64,000 bases of DNA, taken from positions 483,230 to 547,229 of the forward strand of contig NW_005434629.1 in assembly GCF_000315625.1 (NCBI RefSeq). The letters run 5' to 3'. Source of the stretch: Guillardia theta CCMP2712 (lineage: Eukaryota; Protista; Cryptophyta). The notes beneath the pieces are model-generated. The model did not search any database and was not told where the DNA came from. It saw only the letters and a list, made by a program, of their open reading frames with translations. The position numbers and the translations under genes were made by a program. This document shows, one piece after another, positions 12,801 through 35,000 of the stretch (positions are counted from its first letter, which is position 1; each line of letters opens with the position of its first letter).

Positions 12801-13599
12801 GCTGAGCTTCGGCGACTTGTCAAGGAGGGAGTGGATGGCGACGGTGAGCTCTTCTTGTGCTCGAGAGCATGCGGCAGCTCACGAGTCTTCACCTCGCAGC
12901 TCAGGGATGCGGCGAGTGCTCAAGAGATGGAGCCTATCATAGAGCTGCTCATCGAGTCAGGTCAGTCTGCCTCCATCCGCTCCCCCCACCTTCCCCTCCA
13001 CTCCCTTCCTCTCCTCTCCTCTCCCTCCTCCTCCTCCCTGCTTTTCCTCTCCCTACTTGCCCATCCCCTTCCCCTTCTTTCGTCGATGCATCTGACGTCA
13101 AAGCTAGTCAACTCCTGCTGGTTGCATCCTTGGTTTTCCCACATCCCCAGGTGAGCCGCGTGCTGCGCCTTTTCCCTCGCTCGCTCGCTCGCTCGCTCCT
13201 CCCCACCTCCCCTCTCCCCCTTTTCACACTCGCCGGCTCTCATCTACGTTTCTCCCTCTTTTCCGTGTCCTCATCTCGACGCAGGGCTCGATTCTCGACC
13301 CTGGAGGAGACGGAGGTGAAGGAGTCGCAAGCTGACGGCAAGGAGCACGATCATGCAGCTGTTAGCATGGAGGTGGACGAGGATCAGCAGGCGCAGGAGG
13401 AAGAGAAGCGAAGCATCGTCACTTGTGCAACCGTCGCCCTCCTCCTGTCAGTTCCCCACCCCACCCCCCTGCCTCCTCGTTGACGAGTTGCACTCTCAGG
13501 TATGGTCTTGATGACGCGCTAGTTTACGACAAAACTGGGAAGAGTGCCGCTCCTGCGGCCAAGCCCTCGTCCAAGAAGAAGAAGTCAGGGAAGAAGTGA
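6878..13599 (+). CDS. Multidomain chromatin protein: FYRN/FYRC, DDT, WHIM1, acidic tract, HMG box, zf-CW, ARID, WSD/WHIM3 (start uncertain; main exon ~7863-12236)
   Basis: FYR: GQITIYSFGAI..YWNANHIFPVGY..PLFVV..PGPALFGLT. DDT: AIIEIWEFVNMFSERL. PLNSLTWPELFRQYL. HMG: PKRPQPAFFHYC..FGELSKLIGKKWSEL..DRERY. CW: WIQCDSCNTWR..WNC. ARID: YELYWSVISLGG..KWKDVG. WSD: EPLGQDRFFNRYW..WGAYTT..L.PHGMRE. Short 3' exons end KKSGKK* at 13599. Confidence 0.85.
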
Positions 13600-14136
13600 T
13601 TGGTTCGAACAAACAGCAACAGATTGCATGTCTCTCAGATCGTCGTTGTATTCTTTTCGGAGCTGATGTCCGAAGTCAGTTCTGAACCATGTGGATAGGA
13701 TGTAAAAAAGGAAATCTCCCAATGAAACAAGCTTCATTCGTGAATCATGTCATGTCAAGCAAAGATCAAGATGGTTCTTGCTCGACTGCTGACTATCTCT
13801 TCACCAGAACTTCTGATGTGTTGAGAACGAAAAGTGTCCTCTCAGCAGCTTGTCGTTGGAGTAGGTCGAGATCAGTTTCTAACAGACCAAAAGTCAGAAA
13901 GATGATGGGGAGAAATAGAATAAACATGATCTCTCCTTTCCCCCTCCCTCGCTCCCTCCCTCGCTCCTCCTCTTTCCTCGCTCCCTCCCTCCCTTGCGCT
14001 GCCGTCCTCTAACCTTCATCCATTCTCTTCTGTAGTTCTTTCTCACCTCTGCAAAGATGCTCAACTCCTTCACCTGTTCCTACTTACTTGCACCACTTTC
14101 GCGTCTGCTCTTACTTCACCTCGTTTTCTATTCCCA

Positions 14137-14180
<44 letters not shown>

Positions 14181-14417
14181 CCTCCTTCATCAATAAAACA
14201 CATCAAGCTAAAACATTTCATCATGGTCAAGATCAAATTTCATCATCTTCTTTGTAATTTGAACAGAATCGCTAAGTCCATTGCAATAAAGTGTCATCGT
14301 CATTTTTCTAACAAGATCGTTGTCATCTGTTTCATCCTTATCACCTCTCTCGTAATTTCAACATCATCTCAACAGCCTGTTCCTCCAACACTACCATGTT
14401 CTCAACTCATGCTCCTC

Positions 14418-14907
14418 TTCCTCCTTGTCCTTGTCCTCGTTCTCGTCTTTGTCCTCGTCCTTATCCTCGTCCTTGTCCTCGTCCTTGTCCTCGTCCTTGT
14501 CCTCGTCCTTATCCTCCTCCTTGTCCTCGTCCTTATCCTCGTCCTTATCCTTATCCTCGTCCTCGTCCTCGTCCTCGTCCTTATCCTCGTCCTTGTCCTC
14601 GTCCTTATCCTCGTCCTTGTCCTCGTCCTTGTCCTCGTCCTTATCCTCGTCCTTGTCCTCGTCCTCCTCCTTTTCACCTCGGTCGGCTGAAGTTTCTTGA
14701 ACATTCTTTGGCCTTTCGCTGAAGTTGACCCCACCCCCTCCTTGAAGCTTTTTTGTAGTCCGAACACCCCTACCAGTCCAATTATATTTTTTTAATTTTA
14801 CGGTTTTCTTTTTTAGATTTGTTTTTTTGTTTTTTTGCTTCTTGCCGGATGCCCTGCGCACAGGTTGTGCAGAGGAAAATGGAGCAGGGGCAGGCGCAGG
14901 CGCAGGG

Positions 14908-14954
<47 letters not shown>

Positions 14955-15008
14955 CGCAGGAGCAGGAAGGAGGAGGGGGAGGAGAGGGGGGCTGGGGGTG
15001 GAGCAGGA

Positions 15009-15055
<47 letters not shown>

Positions 15056-15170
15056 CGCAGGAGCAGGCGCAGGCGCAGGAGCAGGCGCAGGCGCAGGAGC
15101 AGGAAGGAGGAGGGGGAGGAGAGGGGGGCTGGGGGTGGAGCAGGAACAGGAACAGGAGCGGGAGCGGGAG
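14418..15170. repeat. Intergenic compound microsatellites (CCTCGT/CCTTRT)n and (GGAGCA)n
   Basis: Direct 6/12-mer tandem arrays. Confidence 0.9.
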
Positions 15171-15548
15171 GATCGAAGGAGAGAAGCAAGCAGCAATGAA
15201 GGAATTATGTTCATAAGATTGAAATCAGGGCCATTGAGTCATGATGAGGCAGGTAGATGGAGAGGAAGAGGGAAATCAGATGGAGGATGCAATGAGAAGG
15301 ACTTTACGACAGGAATACGATGTGAGCCTGGTAGACAAGATGTGGAAAACTGTGATGGAAATTAACAAAGAAGCAGAATTGTTGTGATCGATCATATGTT
15401 TTACCTTCTTGATCTTGGTGTGAAAGATCCGTGACGTGTTGGATGAGTGTTTGCTCAAGGAATTCTTTTTCAGATTCACAAGTTTGGCCTTGTTTGCATT
15501 TCAATCTTGACCTTCGTGGATTCATCATCTGCTGTCGGACATTCCATC

Positions 15549-21154
<5,606 letters not shown>

Positions 21155-21364
21155 ACACAGAAATAAACTAGCTCCTCCCTCCTCCCTCCTCCCTCCTCCC
21201 TCCTGCTCGCTCCTGATCCTGTTCCTCCTGCTCCTCCTTATCATTTCCTCCTTCTCAATCCTCGTCCTCGTCCTCAGCAGCAGCAGCAGCAGCAGCTTGA
21301 ACTCATCTCTCCTTCTCTTTCTCCTACACAGACGGCAGGTACAGGTGAGATTTCATCGCTATGT

Positions 21365-26175
<4,811 letters not shown>

Positions 26176-26873
26176 TTCTCTTATTTGAGACAACTGTGAC
26201 GATGCCCATTCAAGCCTAAGACAACACGTGTAAGGAGTCACCACTTGCTCGCATTGCAACGGCTATGTATCTGATGTACGATGAGAGTGATATCAAAACC
26301 TTTACCGCACTTTCTTCCCATCGATCTATCCTCTTCTTTTTCCTTTCTTCGCTGCAAACCCATTTCACGTCTACCGCGTTAATCTACTCTTCCACACTTC
26401 CTACGTCACCTCCTCTACCTCATCTCCTCTACCTCATCTTCTCTACCTCATCTTCTCTACCTCATCTTCTCTACCTCATCTTCTCTACCTCATCTTCTCT
26501 ACCTCATCTTCTCTACTTCCCTCCCTCTTCCTTCACCCTCCTGCCTGCGCTCTGTCCTTTCCTGTCAGCCCGCCTGCATGGCGTCCAGCAGAAGCCGCCT
26601 CACCAAGTTGAGTAATGAATCTCTTCCTTGTCATTCAGTGACTGGCCGCCGGGCCCGATCACGTCGGGATCCGGGAGGGCTGGTCCCGGCCCGGAACCTC
26701 GGAACCATGAACTTCTTTATAAACAATTCAACTTTCATACAAACATTTAGTACAAATTTTGAAATAGAAATAAAACCACGATACTGAGTGATGAGTAAAA
26801 ATAGTACGGTATGAACTAGGAAAGACCCATCACCTGAAGCTTAGGTTTACTAAAAGTTAAAAGTTCAAGCAGT

Positions 26874-27781
26874 ATGGCGCTGGCGTTATGGCGGCGGGTG
26901 GTGCGGGTGACGAAGTTGATGAAGGCGCAAGGGCAGGGAAGCTACTACAAACATCAGGCAAAACAGCTGATTTTCAACTACACTGCTGAAGATGATCCTG
27001 TAGTGGTGGAGGAGCTTATCCAGGTACACTTTGCGGATTCTCCTCTTCTGTTCTAGAGGGTGGAACTCATTTTCTTGCTCACGGCGCCAACTTTTCAACA
27101 GAGCGGTCATCAACAGATAGATTTTATAGTAAACAAATATGGCTTGCACGAAAGGTTATCCTACCAATGTGTGCGCTGGCTTCCTGATTACAAACTTGCA
27201 ACCAGTCAGCGAACAGTGGCGACTGAGCTAGGGGCAAGCACCGCGGGAAATAAAACTCAATCACAGCAGGGCAGTGCTCTCAAAACTGCCTTTGACAGCA
27301 ACTACTCGTCAAACAGATATTCTTACTGCGGACTCACGATTGAGGCGGATGTATGTCGCCGTGGAGATGTTCCCCCAGTAGATTGACCTGCGATAGGTGA
27401 AAGGGCAGCTTCTGGTGCAGGGCATACAGGCTAGACAAGGAACTTTGACCTGACTCCATCTCAGAGGACTGACTCGGCCAGCAGATCTACAGCAAGTGCA
27501 AGTTGGAGATGTGCTTGTGGCAGTCAACGGGGTTAGCGTGAGGGGGAACAGCCCCGAGTCTCTTGCCCTCCGGTTTGCTCTGTGCAGCAACAAGTCCAAT
27601 ATCTCATACCTTTGTAGGAAAGAAATCGTGCGTACGTTGCAATTTGGGAGAAGGACGCAGGTACTCGAAGATACATTGCTGAGCATCCGCACACACGTAC
27701 ATGCTTCATTTTGCTTTTCATAAATGCCAGTTCGCAGGAAGGAGCAATTTACTTCGATGTGAAGATGCCGCATTGACATAA
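26874..27781 (+). CDS. LYR-motif (LYRM9-like) protein with C-terminal PDZ-like domain; 3' end uncertain
   Basis: ALALWRRVVR..YYKHQAKQ..EDDPVVVEELIQ|SGHQQIDFIVNKY resembles LYRM9. Downstream CGLTIE..LLVQGIQ..VQVGDVLVAVNGVSVRG is PDZ-like. Short GT-AG introns. Confidence 0.6.
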
Positions 27782-27922
27782 TCGTTTAGTACACTCTGAG
27801 GGATATCTTTATTCTTGCAACAATTCAGAAAAACCGAAAAGGAATATCAACACTTTGTAACAAGAACGTCAACTATACATATGTTTTTTTTGGGATTGCC
27901 GAGTAAAATTACATCGAATATT

Positions 27923-28735
27923 CTACACCTTCGTACCCGGGTCGTCATGCAAGGATCTAATGGATGTGGGTTGAAGTGAGTCTTGCTTGTCTTTAGAAAA
28001 CGAGTCAATCAGCGAGACTGATCGCTTCACACTCTCATCAAGAAACTGTAGAATCTGAATGGAAGCGGGTCCTAAAACAGTGTTGGACGGCAACAAGGAA
28101 ACTTTTCCAGCATCTCTGATCCGATTGATGGTAAGCATAATCCTCTCACGGACCCTTGTAAAGATTGTTGTTGAGCCCTTAAGGATCATTCGTTTCAAGA
28201 TGGGACAGATTGCGCTGGACTCATTCTTCAGAATCATGGCGTTGACAAGCTCGTCCAAGATCAAGGCCTCTGCAGATGGGCCATCATTGTCTTTGATCTC
28301 TTCCGTTTCAAAATCAACATCTCTGGGAGAGCTCTGTGCCTCGGGGATCATGTTCTCGTCCTGCTCCAGCACCTCCTGAAAGTAGCACACCAGCACTTCC
28401 TTGGAAATGGTGACCCTCCTTCTCTTGTCGCTGCAGTTTGAAGGGCTCGTTCCAGCTGTGGTCGGTTCAGAGTCCAGCGCAGGCTCCAATCCAGCACTCT
28501 GGGCCTCCATGGTGCTGCCAAGTCCGATCTTGCGTTTGTCCTTCCTTTGAAAGTCGTCTGGAAATACTGCGAGCGTCTTCTCCGAAGCTTCATTTGACAT
28601 AGTACTGATGCACATTGATCGCGCTATCAATGGAGAGATTGAAACCAAGGACAAGGTGAAAGATTTACACTCTCGGCTCGGAGAAATTACCAGGTTTGAG
28701 CGTCGACTAGCAAAATAATCCTCGTGCAAGTTCAA
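27923..28735 (-). CDS. Hypothetical intronless protein (start probably ATG ~28600-28615)
   Basis: 270-codon non-repetitive ORF, no domain recognised. Confidence 0.5.
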   Translation of the reverse strand: MNLHEDYFASRRSNLVISPSRECKSFTLSLVSISPLIARSMCISTMSNEASEKTLAVFPDDFQRKDKRKIGLGSTMEAQSAGLEPALDSEPTTAGTSPSNCSDKRRRVTISKEVLVCYFQEVLEQDENMIPEAQSSPRDVDFETEEIKDNDGPSAEALILDELVNAMILKNESSAICPILKRMILKGSTTIFTRVRERIMLTINRIRDAGKVSLLPSNTVLGPASIQILQFLDESVKRSVSLIDSFSKDKQDSLQPTSIRSLHDDPGTKV

Positions 28736-31700
28736 CCTTCACTTCGCAGCATGCATGATTCCAATCTGCAGTGAAGTGCTGATATGCTGAGCGAACGCGA
28801 ATGCAACAAGAAGATCAACTTGAAATTGAGATGCTGATGTCAATTGTCACACTCGGAGACGAATTTCCTGTTTCGGTGTGAGCACAAACTTGAAAGCAGT
28901 AAGGCTTGCGAGCGGGTACGAAATTGCAAGGCAGACGACAAAGAAAGATTTCGCGGATACAAAGAGACTCTGAGAGCGAGAAGGATGGGCTAGAAGACGG
29001 CTGCAAGACGAACGAGAGAAGAGCAAGAGTCGTCCCTAGAAGCTTGAGAGCCTTGAATGGGAAGCCACTGCGTGCAGCCAAGGGTGCGATAGAAGCAGCA
29101 AGGAGTGTGTATATGGGGATTTGAAAGCCAAAGGGGGGGTAGGGTGGAAGGGGGCAAGGTAGTAAAGGAAGGCAGTGGGGATGGAGAGGGGTAGGTCCAG
29201 AGGAAGGGTGGGGTGGTGCTTGGGAAGGATTATATGCTGTCAATAATATTTTAGGGGGACCTCGTGACCTTGAGGTGGAAGATAGAGTCGAGGGTTACGC
29301 TGAAAGCAAAGGAAAGGGTAGAATGTAGGGTATTTTATCTTAATGCTGAAGCTATAGAATCGAAGAGCTTTGATGGCCTAATTTTATGTTCATCAAACAG
29401 GTTTGATCGAAGTTCAAATTCCCTTAAACCTTTCGAAATAGACTATTAATATTTGAACATTTCTCGATGAAATTGGCAATCGCTTCTGAGATGTGAAGGG
29501 ACTCAACGCCGACGTATCTTTAGTTAAATTAGGCTTCAAAAATTATATTAAAATATGTGGTACAGATATACAAGTCTTAATTAAATCTTTGAATAGTCAG
29601 TTTTACAGGATGTACCGTAAACTCAATTTTTATAAGGGATATAAGACGCATAAAACCAAGATTTTAAAAACTGGCAGGGTATACTGTAAAGTCCCGTGCA
29701 AGGGTGGATTAGGGTGGGTGGACTTCCCACGCACGAGCCTCCCTCGGTGGGGTAGTAGTTCCGGGGGGTGGTTGACCTCCCCTTCCCGTGACAATAGGGG
29801 TGAACACGTACATCTATCTCGTAATTCATCCTGTCCTGTACGACCCCTCAATTTGATACTACCCATGGTTTCACCCACACAGTACATGACCCCTTCCCCT
29901 CTTCTTGTCTGATTCATACCCACCATGATCCCTGCAAATTCGAATCCTTGAATCACCTCACCCCCCTTTGAACCACCCCCACCATCTGATTGCATCCAGC
30001 TCTTTTGCACTCAGATTATCACCCTACCCTCTTGGTTTGGAGTTACACGGACTCCACCACCCCTGTCCCTCCTAAGGAAGACCCCCTCGAAAACATGAAA
30101 GTGGTACCTACTCTCGTTCACATCCCGTGATCGACCCTGCTTTACAGCAAACGGAAGAGACCGGTCAGCAGTCACGCCTCAATACAATCTGCATGCTGAG
30201 ATTGCAAGCGAAAGGATGTCATTTGAATATTTTGGGTTCAGACCCCTTTACCGCTTTTCAGCAAACTGTGGCCGTTCGCCCGTGCGCATCACTACTTGAA
30301 AGTTGTCACGGCAGCGATGCGGCCATTGAACTGTGAAAAGGCTCTCTTTCATCCTTGGGTATAGTTGTAACGGTCACATAACGTCGGGACCACCTTGCCA
30401 GGTGTTAAACCAATACACACTCCATACTGGCCCGTTTACAGATTGCCGGGCAATGCCGGGCGAACGGCTGCAAGAGCGCTGGCTGCGGCCTTGCCAGGCC
30501 CGCCCCGGGGCCGCACAACCGACAGCCTCCAGAGTCTACTCAAAGTTAAGTTAAAAATCACGGTACGGTACGAGGACGAATCCTGCCGAGTCGGGCCGTA
30601 TCGGACTGCTGCTACGGTCCCTCAGAATCTTACTAGCGGCTTGTCGGACCGTATGATTCAGGGGCCCCCGCCGGAGCCGCGCCCGGCCAGGCCAACGTGC
30701 CCTGAGCCTCCGGGGGCCGGCGGCCGGGACTCCCGGACTCCCGATGCCATCACCGTGTTCCGACGTCCTAGTCCAAAGTTACGCAGATATCACATCAACC
30801 TTAGTTGTAACAAGCCTGAGACAGTTTTTGCTCAAGACCGAGTTTAATGCACACTCAGGCTGGCAAAACCAGAATTGAGGAGCACATGAGAGATAGACTG
30901 TATGCTAGGATGTGAAACCCAAGCATCCAGACATGAGAGGACCGAGGCTTAGCAAGACACACGCTACATTGGCCGCCTCGCCACGTAAGTCGTCCGAAGT
31001 TGGTTTACAGGAGCCTGAACTTCCGAGGCTGGGCCGGCGGCTGCCGGCCACACGCCGGTCACCGCCCGGCGGTGACCCGGCGGCCGGGTGACTCCGAGTG
31101 CGGTCCGATCCGCTAGGCTCACAGAGGCGAGTCAGGGAGCCTGGCCCTGGCCTGCGAGCCTCGGAGTCCCGGCCCGGGACTCGGAAGGTCATAAATTCAG
31201 GGAAGTAAACACTATCTTGGAAACAATTCAAATTGAAGGGAATGATTTTAACTTTGATATTTTGAATACAGGCATTTGAAACTGGCTCGGTAATCGGGAG
31301 GAAGACGATTTGACCTGTAGTGCCTTTTGAAACAGTGGAATGACAAACAAAATAAGTACCCCACCCCCTATTTATGTACATTTTGCTGGTAAAATTGCTG
31401 TCCTTTGATGGGTACTTTGATGCAATAGACAAGGGCTGTACTACCTATTCCCGAAAGTACCCATTTAATTTCAGTTAAAAGAAGGGGTACTTGTGTATGC
31501 CATAGCAGATGTGTTGAATTGTCGATCGCCTGCCTAGCTTCAAATTGACTGCCGTACTTCGGCACTTGAACATCACAGGCGAGGGTGCGAGGGAGCGAGG
31601 AGAAAGGAGCAAGGGAGCAGCTCGAGGGCCTCGAGCGAGGACTCCAAGGGACCAGAGAGACTCAGTGACTTGCAGGGAGCAGTGAGAGCATGAGGGAAGA

Positions 31701-32072
31701 CTCGAGAAGCAGCGTGGAAGGAGGGACGGAGGAAGGGGGAGATTGTGGGTGCTGGTGGGAATGATGACTTAACGGGCCGAATGTGACGGATGACGAGCAT
31801 GCGAATCGTGAGCGTGAAAGAGACAGGCCATGTTGCGCATGGTGACGTGGTCAAGTAAAACATTTCCACACAGGATCGAGATTTGCAACTTGGGATGTCC
31901 GAGACCGTTTCTGTCCCTCAGTAGAAGCGTTGTTGTTTGGTAAGCACACTAGTTCTCTTATTCACTTGATTGGCTCATTGTGGGATGGAGAGAGGGAAGG
32001 AAAGTCAGAGGAAGAGCGCGTCAGGGAGGTAACACAGGGAGATTGGAGTCTGCTGAAACAGCGCTGTGAATC

Positions 32073-35000
32073 ATGTCAACTCCCTCAAACGACAAGCCCG
32101 AATGTAAGGAACAACCTTGCAAAAGATCTTTCAGCACTGAGGAATCTAACACATCACATCAGTTCGAGAATCGAACATGACCACTGCAGTCCTCCTTGAA
32201 CGGTCTCTACTCATTCCGGGCATTGGGCATCTGGGTCTGATGTTCTTTTAGCATCTCGAGACTTCAAACTCGTCTCAACGAAAAGGTCGCTCGCAAGAGG
32301 AGAGGCAGTTGAGTTCTGATCGGAAGGAAATCCAGATGTCGCCGGCGCCTTCTCCTCCTGACTCTGGCAGTCAGAACTCCCCCATGGCAAGGTAGAGTCG
32401 AGTGGACAGGCTCTGTCGTCTCGCCTTCTGACTTGTTGCACAAACCTGATGACTCTCAGGATTCTGAGGAGCAACAGTGCGGTAGCATCGTGAGATCGGT
32501 GCCGACCTCCCTCTCTCACACCTGTTTCCAGTCGGACAGCTCGCTGCCGCTGGACGAGAAGGAGGTCTTACGACGGCAAGGTGATTGGCTGGAAAAGCAC
32601 TCAAAGCGATTGAAGTGCCTTCAGTTGCAGAGCTCCGCACAAAGAACGCAGACTTGCAGGTGGAGATCCTTGATCAGACTATCTTCATGCCCTGCTGCTG
32701 TCGTCTCCTCCTCTCAAACACAATCTTCGTCTCCTCCTCTCAAACGTCTTCTCCAGAATCAGCTCATGCTTGCCACGGCGAAGGCCAACGGTGCGCAGCC
32801 CGACGACCGCTATGTGAGAAGTCCTGTGGCCCTCACGGCGTCTATTCAGCTTCTGATCCCTTGCCCCGCAAAGCAGCTGAGCAACAACGAGAAGGAAACA
32901 CTCGTCATGCAGCAGCAGGCACTTTCACCTTTTGAATTGACTGGAGACGTCTGATTGTTTTGCTGTTCGCTGCCATGACAGAGGATCGAGCAACTTATGG
33001 CTCAGGTAATGCGGAAGTGGTTCTCAACATGCTTGTTCACGCATGATGTCAGGTGGAGATGGAGAAGAGGCGTTCTGAAGACAACTGTCAGGTGCTGTGA
33101 AAGAGTTTGAAGGTAGCTATGCCCCCATGTAGTGTTTGATCCTTTCTTGTCGACAGCAAATCCTGATGTTGCAAGAGTCTCTGCGATCTTTGGGCAAGGA
33201 CTGCATCAACAACGTTGGCGGGAGGGTTGGGAGGCGTGCACGTGCTGAGCTTGACTGTTCAGGAATGTCAGACCGACTATGACCCTCGCCCGTCTCTCCT
33301 GGAACGATTTGTGGTTGATATCAGGTGTAAGAGTGCGCTGATCAGTTTGAAAGATCATGTCATCTTCTGTTCCCGTTCTGTATCCTTCCATCCGCTCTTC
33401 TCTGCCTGCTTGCTCCTCTGTTTGTCACTGTCCCTGCACGTCCTCCCTTTCCACGGGTCTCTTCCATCTCAGCGAGTTGACTTGCAAACTCAGCGACGCG
33501 CTCAATGGGACCGACCAGCATCCCAACGGTGCTGAAGAGTTTGGGCTCAAGGAGGAGGAGGCCTGTTGTCTGTCTCGCCCGCATACCATGACGTTGCTTT
33601 ACAGAAACCTGCTTCCTCCTCCAGCGAACGCGGTAGGGAGCGTGAAGGGAAGGCGCTGGGTTGACTGAGTGCTTGTTAGGGGCTCTGAACCAGGAGCAGA
33701 TCCAGAAGTTGGGGCAGGAGGTACGGGAGAGGAGGGGAGGGGGCCTGGAGAGAGGCTGACATGCTCGCTCAAGATCTTGTGGGAGATCAGAGCAAGGAAG
33801 AACGAGATGACGGCCCTGCAGTCGCAGCTCCGTATCGCCACTTCCCTCAACGACGCTCTGTGCGTTGGACCCATCCCTGCCTCCTCCTCCACTGACTAAC
33901 TCGCTGTACAGCTCGACTCAGCTCGAGGAGGGAACAGCAAGGTGACCATGGTCGTGGTGCGCGTGACCCTGACTCTACTTCCTTCCCTCCTCTCTCCCTC
34001 CACCTCTGCCCCTACTCCTCTATCCTTTCTCTCCTCGCTCTCTCACTCGCTCTCCCTCCTCCCTTCCTGTCAGAGTCATGGACGCCAATTCATCCGTCCA
34101 GTCTGTGGACAACGAGGCAGAGATCGCCATCTGGTGCCTTCATCTTTCTCCAGCTGGAGTGTTGCTGACGTCCTGCTGGGGTCGGCAGGAGGGACAGAGT
34201 TCGCAGCCTCGAGGAGGCTCTCCAGCAGAGGGAGGAGGATCTCAAACTGGTGATGGCAGGGCGCGCTCGTGACTCCCGAGGATTGACGGGGGTGGGGCAG
34301 GCGAGGTCGCAGCTGGACGGGGAGAGAGTAAGGCTGCAGACCTTTATCCAGACGTTCGAGATGCGATCGTCAGACGCGAGGTTAAAGAAGGGGAGAGGGA
34401 AGAGACAGGAAGGGGAGGGGGAGGGTAGAGGAGGGGGAGAGGGAGGGGAAAGAAACAAGGGATGGGGAGGGAGAGAGTGGACAAGGGGAGGGGAAGGGAG
34501 GGAGATCAAAGGTGAGATGTGAATGAGTTGGCATAAGTTGAAGGATTTGGAGGACAGGAAGGTTGGCAATGACTACAGAGAAAGGGAGAGGAAGACAGAG
34601 ACAGAGGGTACCTCAGGATGACAGGAGGGAAACAAGGGATGGACGTGGATGGAGGAGGAAGCAGGAGGTTGTCAAGGAGGAAGTTGCTGACTTGCGTGTC
34701 CTCAGAGTAACTGAGCTGGAGGGAGAGCTGGCGGCGGCTCGCTCGCAGCTTCAAGCCCTTCAGGTTGCCGCTCTGTTCCTGCTAATCCTGCTGATGATGA
34801 GGCAGAGGGAGGTTGACTCTCATCGGCTGAGGTAGGACCAGCAGAAGCGGCGGAATGAGAGGAGGAATTGGAGATAGAGGGATGTGGGGGAGTGAGAAGA
34901 GGAGGACGGGAAAGTGCCCGGGGGCGGGGGGGGGGGGAGGGTGGTTGCCAGAAGGGCGGTGGACTGAGATTTGTGCTCTCTTCTGCAGCTCTTTGTCGAC

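Noticed and set aside
14088-15365. ORFs such as poly-DEDK, PAPAPA, RSRSRS, and AEQSR/CSALL repeats elsewhere
   Set aside because: Translations of microsatellites that are open in many frames; intronic or intergenic.
29249-29720. Telomere-like TTAGGG/TTTAGGG words
   Set aside because: Isolated occurrences, no tandem array.
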